DNA from: a virus
Lineage: Duplodnaviria > Caudoviricetes
IMG/VR virus record: IMGVR_UViG_3300045996_002625
Span: 1-63,588 of that record
DNA length: 63,588 nt
Strand: one strand, 5' to 3'
The position numbers were made by a program, and so were the translations under genes. How positions within the stretch are numbered: the first letter of the stretch is position 1; each line of letters starts with the position of its first letter. A model generated the notes under the pieces. The model did not search any database. It was given only the letters and a program-made list of their open reading frames with translations, and was not told the DNA's origin. Shown here piece by piece: positions 1-9,047 of this stretch.

Positions 1-127
1 GATCGGTCCTCGTCGACGGCATCGAATACTGGCTTGACGCGTGGGTGAAGGAGACAAAGAAGATCGACGAGAAAACCGGGAAACCCCGAAAGTTTTTCTC
101 GCTATCATTCAGCAAAAAGAAGACTCA
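1..127. repeat. Terminal direct repeat, left copy (circular assembly overlap)
   Basis: Bases 1-127 are identical to 63462-63588, and an ORF reads through the junction. Confidence 0.97.
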
Positions 128-308
128 AACAGAGCGAAAGGAACGCCCAGGGCGACCAGCCCGCGCCCCGCTCCGACAGGCACCCCCAGCACAACCCCAG
201 GCGCGCACCCGCGCCCCACTTCACCAGCCTCAGAAACCAGCATCACCACCACCGCCAGCCTTAGACAACGGCTGGCCCGCAGAAGAATCCGGATATTATG
301 AACCCTGA
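1..308 (+). CDS. ssDNA-binding-like protein, 3' part
   Basis: In frame with the 63380 ORF; Pro/Gln-rich linker and acidic-aromatic tail. Confidence 0.65.
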   Translation, partial: SVLVDGIEYWLDAWVKETKKIDEKTGKPRKFFSLSFSKKKTQTERKERPGRPARAPLRQAPPAQPQARTRAPLHQPQKPASPPPPALDNGWPAEESGYYEP

Positions 309-2103
309 ATCAGCCCTCTCCACTCACGTCAACCCGAGCCCATTCGCCATCACCACCCTCGAGGGAGTGAAGGAAATGGCCGCGATTCTCGCCGAGGCGA
401 ATATGTACGGCCTCAAGCAGCCCGCGCAGTTCATCAGCCTCATGATGCGAGCCCACGAGGAAGGCATCACCCTCGCCCGCCTGATGGAGCGCGTCCACGT
501 CTTCCCCGATGGCAAATTCGCCAACCGCGCCGACTGGCTGCAGGCCGAATTCGAGGAGAAGGCCGGCCGCATCATCTGGCACACTCGCACCGACGACCTC
601 TGCGTCGCGACCTTCATCCTCGGCAAGGAGATCAGCGACGAGCAGCGCGCCCGAGCTTCGGAGCGCTTCGAGCTTCTCAGCGAACTCGACGCCCTGACGT
701 GGGAAGAAACCCGCAACGCCAAGAAAGAGCGCGAACTCCAGATCAAAATCGGCAAGATCGCCCGCGAGGGCGAAGAGACGGTCCTGCGCAGCCTAGTCGA
801 CGCTGACTCCAAGGGTATCAGCCAAGGCAAAGACGGAACAAAGACGAACTGGGCGACCAGTCCGCGATCAATGCTCCAATGGCGCTGCGTCTCCGAAGGA
901 GTCAAGGTCGTCTGCCCGCGGATTCTCTCAGGAATGCCGAGCAACATCGAATACCAGGACGCGATCGACTACGAGCGCCACAAACGCGCCATGCTCGAGA
1001 ACGCCGCAGAGATCAAACCCGAAGACCGCGAACACGCCATGGCGATCCTCGAGCAATACGACGAGCAACTGAAGACCGCCCAAGGCCACGAGCGACAGCG
1101 TATCCTCGGCCTGCGCGCCGACCTCGTCACCAAGCTGGGCGACGCGAACCTGCCCGCAGCCCCGACGGAACCAGAAGTGACCGTCGCGGGAGTGCCGGCG
1201 AAGATGGTCGAGACAGTGGTCATGCCGCCCGAGCCCAAGCAGCGGCAGGAAACCCAGTCGAAACAGCCGCGCGACCGCACCCGCACCACCCCAAAGGAGC
1301 CGCAGCCCGACAACGACGACAAAATCCCCATGGAAGCCAAGGACATCGAATGCATCGTCGGGCCCGCCCCGCAGTACCTCGGCCGCACCCTCGGATCCAT
1401 CTTCTCCATCGGAGACGTCACCAAGGCCCCGAAGAACGAACGGCAAGTCACAGACCTCCTGAACTGGTTCGGAGACAAGCAGGGACTCCGCCAAGAGACG
1501 GAAGACAGGCGCCGCATCGCGTTCTGGAAGGCCGTCCAAGAGGTCGCCGAACAGCGCAAGCGAGAATTCGCCGCCGCGAGCCCGGAACGCTCCACGGCGC
1601 CCGCCAGCCCCTCCACCCCGACCGCCGCGGAAAACACAGGGACAGGGGCCACCCCTTCGCAGCGCTGGCAGGATTACGAGATCAAGGGACGCAACATCTA
1701 CGCCGGAAAGAAGCTGGGCGACCTCACCGGCGTCGAATTGGCCGACATCCGCGACAACCTCTTCGAGAAGGTCGACTGGTCGAAAGCCACGCTCGACCAG
1801 AAGCGATTCAAGGCGATGGTGCACCAAGCGATCGGGACGCTTCCCGATTCCGCTCCGGAGAAGCCCATGCCCACCGCCGGCGAGGAAGCACAGCACACCA
1901 TCAACCTGAAGCGCACGCTCGCGCAAGAAGGATGGCACGCGGCCATCTTCCTCACCACCTGCAAGATCAACGGATGGGTGGCCGAGGATCACAGATCGAT
2001 CGACGACATCACCTCCGAGGAGATGGATCAACTCGCCCAGGAGTGGACCACCGTGAAACCGGAGATCGACGCTGCCCACAAAGGCGCGGAGAAGAACTCA
2101 TGA
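298..2103 (+). CDS. Putative ssDNA-annealing/recombination protein with long C-terminal extension
   Basis: 601 aa; N-domain ending NWATSPRSMLQWRCVSEGVKVVCP resembles RecT/Bet-like annealers; adjacent to SSB. Confidence 0.55.
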   Translation: MNPESALSTHVNPSPFAITTLEGVKEMAAILAEANMYGLKQPAQFISLMMRAHEEGITLARLMERVHVFPDGKFANRADWLQAEFEEKAGRIIWHTRTDDLCVATFILGKEISDEQRARASERFELLSELDALTWEETRNAKKERELQIKIGKIAREGEETVLRSLVDADSKGISQGKDGTKTNWATSPRSMLQWRCVSEGVKVVCPRILSGMPSNIEYQDAIDYERHKRAMLENAAEIKPEDREHAMAILEQYDEQLKTAQGHERQRILGLRADLVTKLGDANLPAAPTEPEVTVAGVPAKMVETVVMPPEPKQRQETQSKQPRDRTRTTPKEPQPDNDDKIPMEAKDIECIVGPAPQYLGRTLGSIFSIGDVTKAPKNERQVTDLLNWFGDKQGLRQETEDRRRIAFWKAVQEVAEQRKREFAAASPERSTAPASPSTPTAAENTGTGATPSQRWQDYEIKGRNIYAGKKLGDLTGVELADIRDNLFEKVDWSKATLDQKRFKAMVHQAIGTLPDSAPEKPMPTAGEEAQHTINLKRTLAQEGWHAAIFLTTCKINGWVAEDHRSIDDITSEEMDQLAQEWTTVKPEIDAAHKGAEKNS

Positions 2104-2723
2104 TCGAACACTCGGCCTACCCGCTCCAGTGGCCAGCCGGATGGAAGCGCACGCCGGCCAATCTCCGCGAGCGTGGTCAATTCGATGGAACACCAGACCG
2201 AGTGCGCCGGGAACTTCTGCATTCCATAGATCGAATCGCGCTCGGGAAGAGAGCCAGCACTCACACCATCAGATCCTTCGTGGTAATCTCGACCAACATG
2301 CGCCTGCGAGTCGACGGAGAGCCGCGGGCCGGAGATCGTCCACCCGAAGACCCAGGCGTGGCCGTCTACTTCAAACGCGAGAACCAACCGCTCTGCTTCG
2401 CGTGCGACAAATACGACGCAGTGTGGAAGAACATGCGCGCCATCCAGCGCACCATCGAAGCGCTGCGCGGCATCGAACGATGGGGAAGCTCAACCCTCCT
2501 CGAGCGAGCATTCACCGGATTCGCCGCCCTGCCTGAGCGCACCGGTCCCTCTTGCTGGGAAATCCTGAAAGTACCACCCGAAGCCACCGAGCAAGACGTG
2601 ATGAACGCGTGGCGAAGCCTGGCGCAGTTCTGCCACCCTGATAAGCCCACCGGAAGCCACGAGAAGATGTCCGCTCTCAACGACGCCAAAGACATCGCCC
2701 TATCCACCATCCGATCCCGATGA
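2100..2723 (+). CDS. Phage protein with C-terminal J domain
   Basis: AYPLQWPAGW N-terminus; C-terminal CWEILKV...WRSLAQFCHPDKPTGSHEKMSALNDAK contains the HPD motif. Confidence 0.85.
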   Translation: MIEHSAYPLQWPAGWKRTPANLRERGQFDGTPDRVRRELLHSIDRIALGKRASTHTIRSFVVISTNMRLRVDGEPRAGDRPPEDPGVAVYFKRENQPLCFACDKYDAVWKNMRAIQRTIEALRGIERWGSSTLLERAFTGFAALPERTGPSCWEILKVPPEATEQDVMNAWRSLAQFCHPDKPTGSHEKMSALNDAKDIALSTIRSR

Positions 2724-3274
2724 AAGACACCCCCATCCTCATGAGCGCGCCGATGGTCCGCGCCAGCCGTCGCGATGTTGACCCGAAGACGCAGACGCGG
2801 CGAATCATCAAGCCACAGCCCAAGTTCGTGCAGGCGCTCACCGACGGTCGATTCGAGACGTCGCCGGATGGCGGATTCGATCATGGCGTCGAATACATCC
2901 GCTGCCCCTACGGCCAGCCCGGCGACCGGCTGTGGGTGAAGGAGACTTTCTGCACGCCCTACACCATCGGCAAGCCGGTGAAGGGTCAACAGATTCGATA
3001 CAGGTCCACCCACGAGGATGACGGCATGACTTATAAGTGGAGGCCATCCATCTTCATGCCCCGCTGGGCGTCGCGCCTCACGCTCGAAGTCGTGAGCGTC
3101 CGCGTCGAGCGGTTGCAGGAGATCAGCGAGGGTGACGCCATCGAGGAAGGTATCACTTGGGACCAAGACCACGACTACATCGGCGAATATCGCAAGCTCT
3201 GGGAATCCATCAACGGCCCCGGATCGTGGGATGCAAACCCCTTCGTTTGGGTCGTTGAATTCAAACGCATATGA
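2720..3274 (+). CDS. Conserved phage protein (ASCH/PUA-like)
   Basis: CPYGQPGDRLWVKETF, WRPSIFMPRWASR, VRVERLQEISE, NPFVWVVEF motifs. Confidence 0.75.
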   Translation: MKDTPILMSAPMVRASRRDVDPKTQTRRIIKPQPKFVQALTDGRFETSPDGGFDHGVEYIRCPYGQPGDRLWVKETFCTPYTIGKPVKGQQIRYRSTHEDDGMTYKWRPSIFMPRWASRLTLEVVSVRVERLQEISEGDAIEEGITWDQDHDYIGEYRKLWESINGPGSWDANPFVWVVEFKRI

Positions 3275-3747
3275 TCACGATCCGATTCTTCGCCCCAGGC
3301 ACGCCGGAGACGGCAGGCAGCAAGCGCGCATTTGTAATCCCCATCGCTGGCCGCGCCGGAACCAGCGCGAAGGATTACAGAGCCGTGATCACCGACGACA
3401 ACCCGAAGGGCGAGAAGTGGAAGAAGATCGTCGCCGCCGCCGCCAAAGCCGTGCACCCCGGCCCGCCCCTCACCGGCCCGCTGCAGATTGACGTCACCTT
3501 TCACCTCACGCGGCCACAGGGACACTTCGGCACTGGTCGAAACGCCGGAATCCTGAAAGCCAGCGCCCCCGAGCACCACATCACCCGACCCGACGCCACG
3601 AAGCTCCTGCGCTGCCTCGAGGACGCCCTGACCGGCGTCGCCTACCAGGACGACGGACAGATCATCAAGCAGATCGTCGGCAAGATCTACGACACCCGCG
3701 AGGGCGCGACCGTGGAGATCGGACCCGTATCCGAAGAACTTTTCTAA
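3271..3747 (+). CDS. rusA: RusA-like Holliday junction resolvase
   Basis: RPDATKLLRCLEDALTGVAYQDDGQI catalytic motif. Confidence 0.85.
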   Translation: MITIRFFAPGTPETAGSKRAFVIPIAGRAGTSAKDYRAVITDDNPKGEKWKKIVAAAAKAVHPGPPLTGPLQIDVTFHLTRPQGHFGTGRNAGILKASAPEHHITRPDATKLLRCLEDALTGVAYQDDGQIIKQIVGKIYDTREGATVEIGPVSEELF

Positions 3748-3774
3748 CCGCAGCAAAACCACCACCACACCACC

Positions 3775-4101
3775 ATGAGCAGAGCCAAAAAAACCGCAGC
3801 CGCAGAACTCGCCGAGGCCGTCGCCGACAAAATCGCCGAGCAGACCCGCCAGCTTGTCATCAAGAACTGGCCCGACATCGACAAGACGATGGACGCCGAC
3901 GAGGGGAAGGAGATCAAGCTCTCCTTCAGCACCACCCTCACCCACCGCGCCGCCGAGGAAGGCACCGTGGCGAGCAAGGATAGCCGGATCCTCACGACGC
4001 TGGCCTTCAGCCTCGGCAAGCAGAGCGACAAGACGGAGAGCCCGTTTCCCGATCCCGAGCAGATGGAACTCAGCGATGCGTCGAAGGGAGGTGGCGAGTA
4101 A
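3775..4101 (+). CDS. Hypothetical protein
   Basis: 108-aa ORF in operon. Confidence 0.7.
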   Translation: MSRAKKTAAAELAEAVADKIAEQTRQLVIKNWPDIDKTMDADEGKEIKLSFSTTLTHRAAEEGTVASKDSRILTTLAFSLGKQSDKTESPFPDPEQMELSDASKGGGE

Positions 4102-4352
4102 TGTCACTCCCAGGCGAAACCACCGCGGACACCGTCCGCCGGATCCTCGCCGAGCAACTCGGCCACGATGAGAAGGACGTCACGGATGAGAAGACCATAC
4201 GTGACGACCTCGGAGCCGACTCCCTCGACGGTGTTGAGCTCGTGTTGAGCTTCGAGGAAGAATACTCGATCGAGATCACCCTCGAAGAGGCCGAGAAGAT
4301 CATCACCGTCGGCGACGCCATCAAAGCCATCGAGCAACACCTCGAATCCTGA
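4101..4352 (+). CDS. acpP: Acyl carrier protein
   Basis: 83 aa, acidic; DDLGADSLDGVELVLSFEEEYSIEI carries the phosphopantetheine Ser motif. Confidence 0.92.
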   Translation: MSLPGETTADTVRRILAEQLGHDEKDVTDEKTIRDDLGADSLDGVELVLSFEEEYSIEITLEEAEKIITVGDAIKAIEQHLES

Positions 4353-4543
4353 TGGACATCCTCACGATCGCCACGGAGGCCGGAAAGGAGCGCCTGCGGG
4401 TGGAAATCCACCGCGTCAACCCCCAACGCGCCTACGTGGCGATCATGCAGGCCCTCAACGACCTCCCCCAAGAACGGAAGACCAGGAAGGACAAAGGCAC
4501 CAAGCGAACCAAGACTTTGCCGCCCGCAGCAAAATCGCCATGA
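4352..4543 (+). CDS. Small hypothetical protein
   Basis: 63-aa coupled ORF. Confidence 0.6.
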   Translation: MDILTIATEAGKERLRVEIHRVNPQRAYVAIMQALNDLPQERKTRKDKGTKRTKTLPPAAKSP

Positions 4544-5262
4544 GCATCCAAGCCATCATTCTCGATGTCGAAACCCACGCGAAAGACAACCCAGAGGTTG
4601 TTGAAACCGCATGGATGGAAACCGGAATGAGGGAAAGCGCCTACCTCCCGAACGGCAACCTCCGATACCCGCCCACAATCCAGATGTGGTGCCCTTCTCA
4701 GCCGATCACGCTTGGCGCGATGGCCGTCCACCACATCACCGACGAAGACGTCGCCGACTGCCCTCCGAGCAGCTTCTTTGAACTCCCGGCCTGCGAATTC
4801 CTGATCGGCCACAACATCGACTACGACGCCGGCGCTGCGAGAATCATGGAGAACGACCCCAAGCGCATCGACACCTGCGCCCTCGCGCGCGCCGTATGGC
4901 CCGACATCGACACCTACAGCCAAGGAGCGCTGATCTACCATCTCGACCGCGAAAACGCCAAGCAGCGCCTCAAGGGAGCGCACGGTGCAGGGTGCGACAT
5001 CCTGCTCTGCAAGACGATCCTCGACGCCGAGATCGAGCACCTGCAGCCCACCTCGTGGCAGCACCTCTGGGAGATGAGCGAAGAAGCTCGGATCCCGAAA
5101 ACGATGTACTGGGGCAAGCACGCCGGCGAGAAGATCGAAGACCTCCCAGCCGACTATAAGCACTGGTTGCTCACCAAGTGTAACAACCCGCCGATCGACA
5201 AATACCTCCGCCGCGCCCTCACCGGAGAAGATCGGCAGCGCACGATGTTCTGCCCCAAATGA
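4540..5262 (+). CDS. DEDDh 3'-5' exonuclease (ExoX-like)
   Basis: ILDVET, GHNIDYD, AHGAGCD motifs; C-terminal WGKHAGEKIEDLPADY domain. Confidence 0.88.
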   Translation: MSIQAIILDVETHAKDNPEVVETAWMETGMRESAYLPNGNLRYPPTIQMWCPSQPITLGAMAVHHITDEDVADCPPSSFFELPACEFLIGHNIDYDAGAARIMENDPKRIDTCALARAVWPDIDTYSQGALIYHLDRENAKQRLKGAHGAGCDILLCKTILDAEIEHLQPTSWQHLWEMSEEARIPKTMYWGKHAGEKIEDLPADYKHWLLTKCNNPPIDKYLRRALTGEDRQRTMFCPK

Positions 5263-6677
5263 CGCCCCTCGAAAAGAAACTCGATTACGAGCAGAGCCGC
5301 ATAAGCTACCTGCCCGACATCCACCGCAGCCTCCCGCAGGCCCCTGACAGCGAGAAAGCTCTCCTCTGCTCCTTCCTCCTCGCCCCCCGGGAGATCGGTC
5401 AAATGTGCGCCGAGAAGATGATCACCTCCGATCACTTCCACATCCCAGCGCACGCCCTCATCTTCGACACGCTGATGGACTTCTGGAGGGACAATGAACC
5501 CGTGGACTTCGTCACCGTGACACACTGGATGCGGAAGGAAGGCACGCTTGATCAGGCAGGCGGCTCAGCGGCCATCACCGAACTTTTTACCTACCTACCC
5601 ACCGCCGCCAACGCCAGGTCATACCTCGAAACCGTCCGCGAGATGTTCATCCTCCGCGAAGTCATCAAGGTCTGCACCCATCACGCCGCGGAGAGCTATG
5701 AAGCGCAGGCCGACGTCACCCAGATCCTCGAGGGAGCGCAGAACGGACTCCTCAAAGTCGTCCGCCTGGCCGAAGGAAGCCGGCTGAACACGCGGACGAT
5801 GAAGGAACTGGTCTTTCGCAGCATGGAGCGCATCGATCACCGGATCCACGGAGATTGGAAGATCGAGATGCCCACCGGCATCGTCGCGCTCGACAAAGCC
5901 ACGCTTGGATTTCAGGCGCCCACGGTCACCATGCTACTTGGTAAGCCCTCCGACGGCAAAAGCTCGCTCGCCCTGAACATCTGCGAGCACCTCGCCATCG
6001 ATTGCAAAAAGCGAGTCGGGATCATCAGCATGGACGACAGCGACGACCAAGTCGCCGATCGCCTCATCCAAGCGCGAGCCCGGGTCAACCTCTGGGATAT
6101 CAAGAAGACCGGCGAAATCACCACTGGAGACTTCGACCTCCTTCGCATGGCCGGGACGGACATCGCCAACGCCAGCGACCGACTCTTCATCCGCGACGAC
6201 GGCGGACTCACCCCCACCGAGATCAGCGCCACCCTGACCGCATGGAAGGCCAAGCACGGCCTCGACTTCGCCGTGATCGACCACATCCAGCTTGCCCAAG
6301 CCGATCGACGCATGGAGAACCGAACCAGCGCGGCCGAGGAAGTCAGCCGCAGCCTGAAGCCAATGGCCAAGCGCCTCGGAATCCCCCTCCTCGTCCTCTC
6401 ACAAGTCAGCGAGGACGGATCTGGCAACTACACGACGAAAAACACCCGAGCCCTCGGCGAAGACGCCAACAACCTTTGGAAAATATCTCGATCGGACGAC
6501 ACGACCGACGCTTGGATCCACATCGGCAAGCAGAAGGACGGCCCCAGGAATCAGAAGATTCCCGTGAAATACGAAGCGTGGTGCACACGATTCTCCGACC
6601 GCGACAGGGAACCCGAGCCCGAGCAGCAGCAGGAACTCGTGCACATGGGAAAGCCGCCCACGAAAAGAAGAAAATAA
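5259..6677 (+). CDS. dnaB: DnaB-like replicative helicase
   Basis: DnaB N-domain; GKPSDGKS Walker A; IDHIQL; LSQ; KQKDGP. Confidence 0.92.
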   Translation: MTPLEKKLDYEQSRISYLPDIHRSLPQAPDSEKALLCSFLLAPREIGQMCAEKMITSDHFHIPAHALIFDTLMDFWRDNEPVDFVTVTHWMRKEGTLDQAGGSAAITELFTYLPTAANARSYLETVREMFILREVIKVCTHHAAESYEAQADVTQILEGAQNGLLKVVRLAEGSRLNTRTMKELVFRSMERIDHRIHGDWKIEMPTGIVALDKATLGFQAPTVTMLLGKPSDGKSSLALNICEHLAIDCKKRVGIISMDDSDDQVADRLIQARARVNLWDIKKTGEITTGDFDLLRMAGTDIANASDRLFIRDDGGLTPTEISATLTAWKAKHGLDFAVIDHIQLAQADRRMENRTSAAEEVSRSLKPMAKRLGIPLLVLSQVSEDGSGNYTTKNTRALGEDANNLWKISRSDDTTDAWIHIGKQKDGPRNQKIPVKYEAWCTRFSDRDREPEPEQQQELVHMGKPPTKRRK

Positions 6678-6681
6678 TCGC

Positions 6682-6709
6682 TTGCCAAACAACGGGGAAT
6701 CCCGATACT
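6682..6709 (+). promoter_or_regulatory. Conserved promoter/operator copy 1
   Basis: TTGCCA aacaacggggaatccc GATACT. Confidence 0.75.
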
Positions 6710-6718
6710 CGCAGCATT

Positions 6719-7183
6719 ATGACAACCACCGCTTCTCAGAGCACCACCACAGCCACCCCAGCCACCAAGCCGAACTTTGCGATTCGTTTTGGCCGCAGCA
6801 AGAGCGTCGCGACCGTCAACAGCTTCGACGAAGCCAGCGACGTCTGGATTCGCCTCCGCGCCGAGCACGGATTCAGCGCCAGCAACGCCCCCAAGGTCAC
6901 AATCGTCGACCTGAACACCGGAAAGACGGTCGCCTGCATCAGCTACAACGGACGCGTCTGGGAGGGCGACAAACTCGGAGGCAAAGAGATCCGCACCCAC
7001 GGATCCAAGACCGCCAAGGAGCACAGCGCCGAAGGATGGAGCGACTTCGCTCCGAAGCCCAGCCCTCGCCTCACCCCCGCACAAGAACTTCGGGCCATCG
7101 CCGCAGGCATCGACGGGACCGGCACCGCAGACGACATCCTGCGCGTCGCTGAGCGCCTTGAAGCCGAGGCCTCACAGCGATGA
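6719..7183 (+). CDS. Hypothetical protein
   Basis: ATG directly after the conserved promoter; ISYNGRVW motif. Confidence 0.65.
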   Translation: MTTTASQSTTTATPATKPNFAIRFGRSKSVATVNSFDEASDVWIRLRAEHGFSASNAPKVTIVDLNTGKTVACISYNGRVWEGDKLGGKEIRTHGSKTAKEHSAEGWSDFAPKPSPRLTPAQELRAIAAGIDGTGTADDILRVAERLEAEASQR

Positions 7184-8733
7184 GATACGGATCATGCTGC
7201 AGCGGAATCGAGGCAGCCAGCACCGCGTGGACCCCGCTCGGATGGCAGCCCCAGTTCTTCGCCGAGATCGAGCCCTTCCCCTGCGCCATCCTGCAGCATT
7301 ATCACCCCACTGTCCCCAACCATGGCGACCTCACGAAATTCAAAGACTGGCCCGACCATGCAATCGACCTTCTCGTTTCAGGAACCCCCTGCCAATCCTT
7401 CAGCGGAGCAGGACTCCGCGAAGGACTGGATGACCCTCGTGGTCAACTTATGCTCACCTACGGCCACGTTGCTGCGCGATATCGCCCCCGCTGGCTGGTA
7501 TGGGAGAACGTCCCCGGAGTTTTCAGCGTCGACGGAGGAGAAGCATTTGCAAGCCTTCTGGGACTCCTCAGCGGAACGAAGGTCAGCGTCCCCGCCAACG
7601 GATGGCAGAACGCCGGCATCGTCGAAGGCTACCGCAACGCCTACGGACTCGCGTGGCGCGTGCTTGACGCTCAGTTTGTCCGAACACAACAGCACCCTTT
7701 TGCCGTACCCCAACGACGGCGCCGTGTGTTCGTTGTCGGATATCTTGGAGACTGGCGCCGTGCCGCGGCGGTACTTTTTGAGCGCGAAAGCATGCGAGGG
7801 GATCCTACGCCGCGCCGAGAAGCGGGGAAAGGAATTACCCACCCATTTGCTCCTAGCCTTACAAGCAGTGGCAGGGGAGTTGAACGAGCGGGTGTCACCC
7901 GCGGACAAGACCCAGTAATTGCCGTAGAATGCGGCGACATCGTCCCGCAGGCCATGAGCAGAAAATGGAGCAAGGGAAGCAGCGGTCCAGCAGGCGATGA
8001 AGTCGCGAACCTCGTCGCCTGCTCTCTGACGCAAAAAACCTACGCCGATAACGAGAGCAGGGAGTCGCTCCTCGTCGCCCACACCTTGAAAGCCGAGGGG
8101 CACGACGCCAGCGAAGACGGAACGGGACGCCGCGTCCCGCTGGTGCCTGTCGCCTTTCGAGCCGCAGGCCAAAACGGATTCATCGCGAGCGACGTATCCC
8201 CTCCAATCGCCGCATCCGACGGCGGAGGTTCAGGAGTTCCGACCATCGCCTTCAACGCCCGCCAAGACCCGATCCACAGCGCGGGAGCGGCGCTCCCGCT
8301 GGATACCGATGGAAGCACACAAGCGATCGTCACGGAGGATGTCGCCAACACCCTACGAGCGGGCCCCACGAGCAAGGCGTCCCACGGAAAGCAATCAGGC
8401 ACCGACCGAGACACAATGGTGGCCGTCGCCTTTCAAACCCGAATCGCCAGAAATGGACGAGGCCAGCCCGAGGAAGTCTACCCCGCGCTCAACGGCAGCA
8501 ACGCCGGCGAAACGAGCGACATGCGCCCATGCGTCGCCACCAGGAAAGCCGTTCGGAGATTGACCCCGCTGGAATGCGAGCGCTTAATGGGATTCCCCGA
8601 CCAGCACACCGCGATCACCATCCGAAAAAAGCCCGCAAAAGACGGCCCGAGATACAAGGCGCTGGGCAACTCCAAGGCGATCAACGTCGTCGAGTGGATC
8701 GGACAGCGCATCGCCATCGTTGACACTTTATGA
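7180..8733 (+). CDS. C5 cytosine DNA methyltransferase
   Basis: CSGIEA (I), GTPCQSFS (IV), WENVPG (VI), QRRRRVF (VIII), RRLTPLECERLMGFP (IX), YKALGNS (X). Confidence 0.95.
   Translation: MRYGSCCSGIEAASTAWTPLGWQPQFFAEIEPFPCAILQHYHPTVPNHGDLTKFKDWPDHAIDLLVSGTPCQSFSGAGLREGLDDPRGQLMLTYGHVAARYRPRWLVWENVPGVFSVDGGEAFASLLGLLSGTKVSVPANGWQNAGIVEGYRNAYGLAWRVLDAQFVRTQQHPFAVPQRRRRVFVVGYLGDWRRAAAVLFERESMRGDPTPRREAGKGITHPFAPSLTSSGRGVERAGVTRGQDPVIAVECGDIVPQAMSRKWSKGSSGPAGDEVANLVACSLTQKTYADNESRESLLVAHTLKAEGHDASEDGTGRRVPLVPVAFRAAGQNGFIASDVSPPIAASDGGGSGVPTIAFNARQDPIHSAGAALPLDTDGSTQAIVTEDVANTLRAGPTSKASHGKQSGTDRDTMVAVAFQTRIARNGRGQPEEVYPALNGSNAGETSDMRPCVATRKAVRRLTPLECERLMGFPDQHTAITIRKKPAKDGPRYKALGNSKAINVVEWIGQRIAIVDTL
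7322..7918 (+). CDS. Overprinted alternate-frame ORF resembling the M.EcoHK31I beta polypeptide
   Basis: 198 open codons in the +1 frame; CSLSDILETGAVPRRYFLSAKACEGILRRAEKRGKELP segment. Confidence 0.6.
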   Translation: MATSRNSKTGPTMQSTFSFQEPPANPSAEQDSAKDWMTLVVNLCSPTATLLRDIAPAGWYGRTSPEFSASTEEKHLQAFWDSSAERRSASPPTDGRTPASSKATATPTDSRGACLTLSLSEHNSTLLPYPNDGAVCSLSDILETGAVPRRYFLSAKACEGILRRAEKRGKELPTHLLLALQAVAGELNERVSPADKTQ

Positions 8734-9047
8734 CCACCGCACGACGCCCACCCGACCTCCCCACCGCAGCCCCCACATCCCGCTCTGGCACCTACGCCAG
8801 AAAGCCCAACACCGACCGCCCTCTGATTGGCAAACTGATGGATCTTCTCAAAACCATCAAATCCGACAGCGAGGGAAAAATCACCAACCGCAGCATCGCC
8901 GCGGAGATCGGAAAAACCGAGAACGAGGTGTCGGAGCACATCTCCTGCAAGCGCAACGCGCCGAGCGGGGAAACCACCCTTGCCTACCTGCGCCTGTGCT
9001 ACCGGCACGACGCCCGCGCCACCACCGCCCTCCTCCGCCATGAGTAA
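8730..9047 (+). CDS. HTH (XRE-like) DNA-binding protein
   Basis: ITNRSIAAEIGKTENEVSEHISCKRNAPSGETTL. Confidence 0.65.
   Translation: MTTARRPPDLPTAAPTSRSGTYARKPNTDRPLIGKLMDLLKTIKSDSEGKITNRSIAAEIGKTENEVSEHISCKRNAPSGETTLAYLRLCYRHDARATTALLRHE

Noticed and set aside
1-127. Terminal repeat as a biological DTR or att site
   Set aside because: It is exactly 127 bp, falls mid-gene and matches an assembler k-mer overlap
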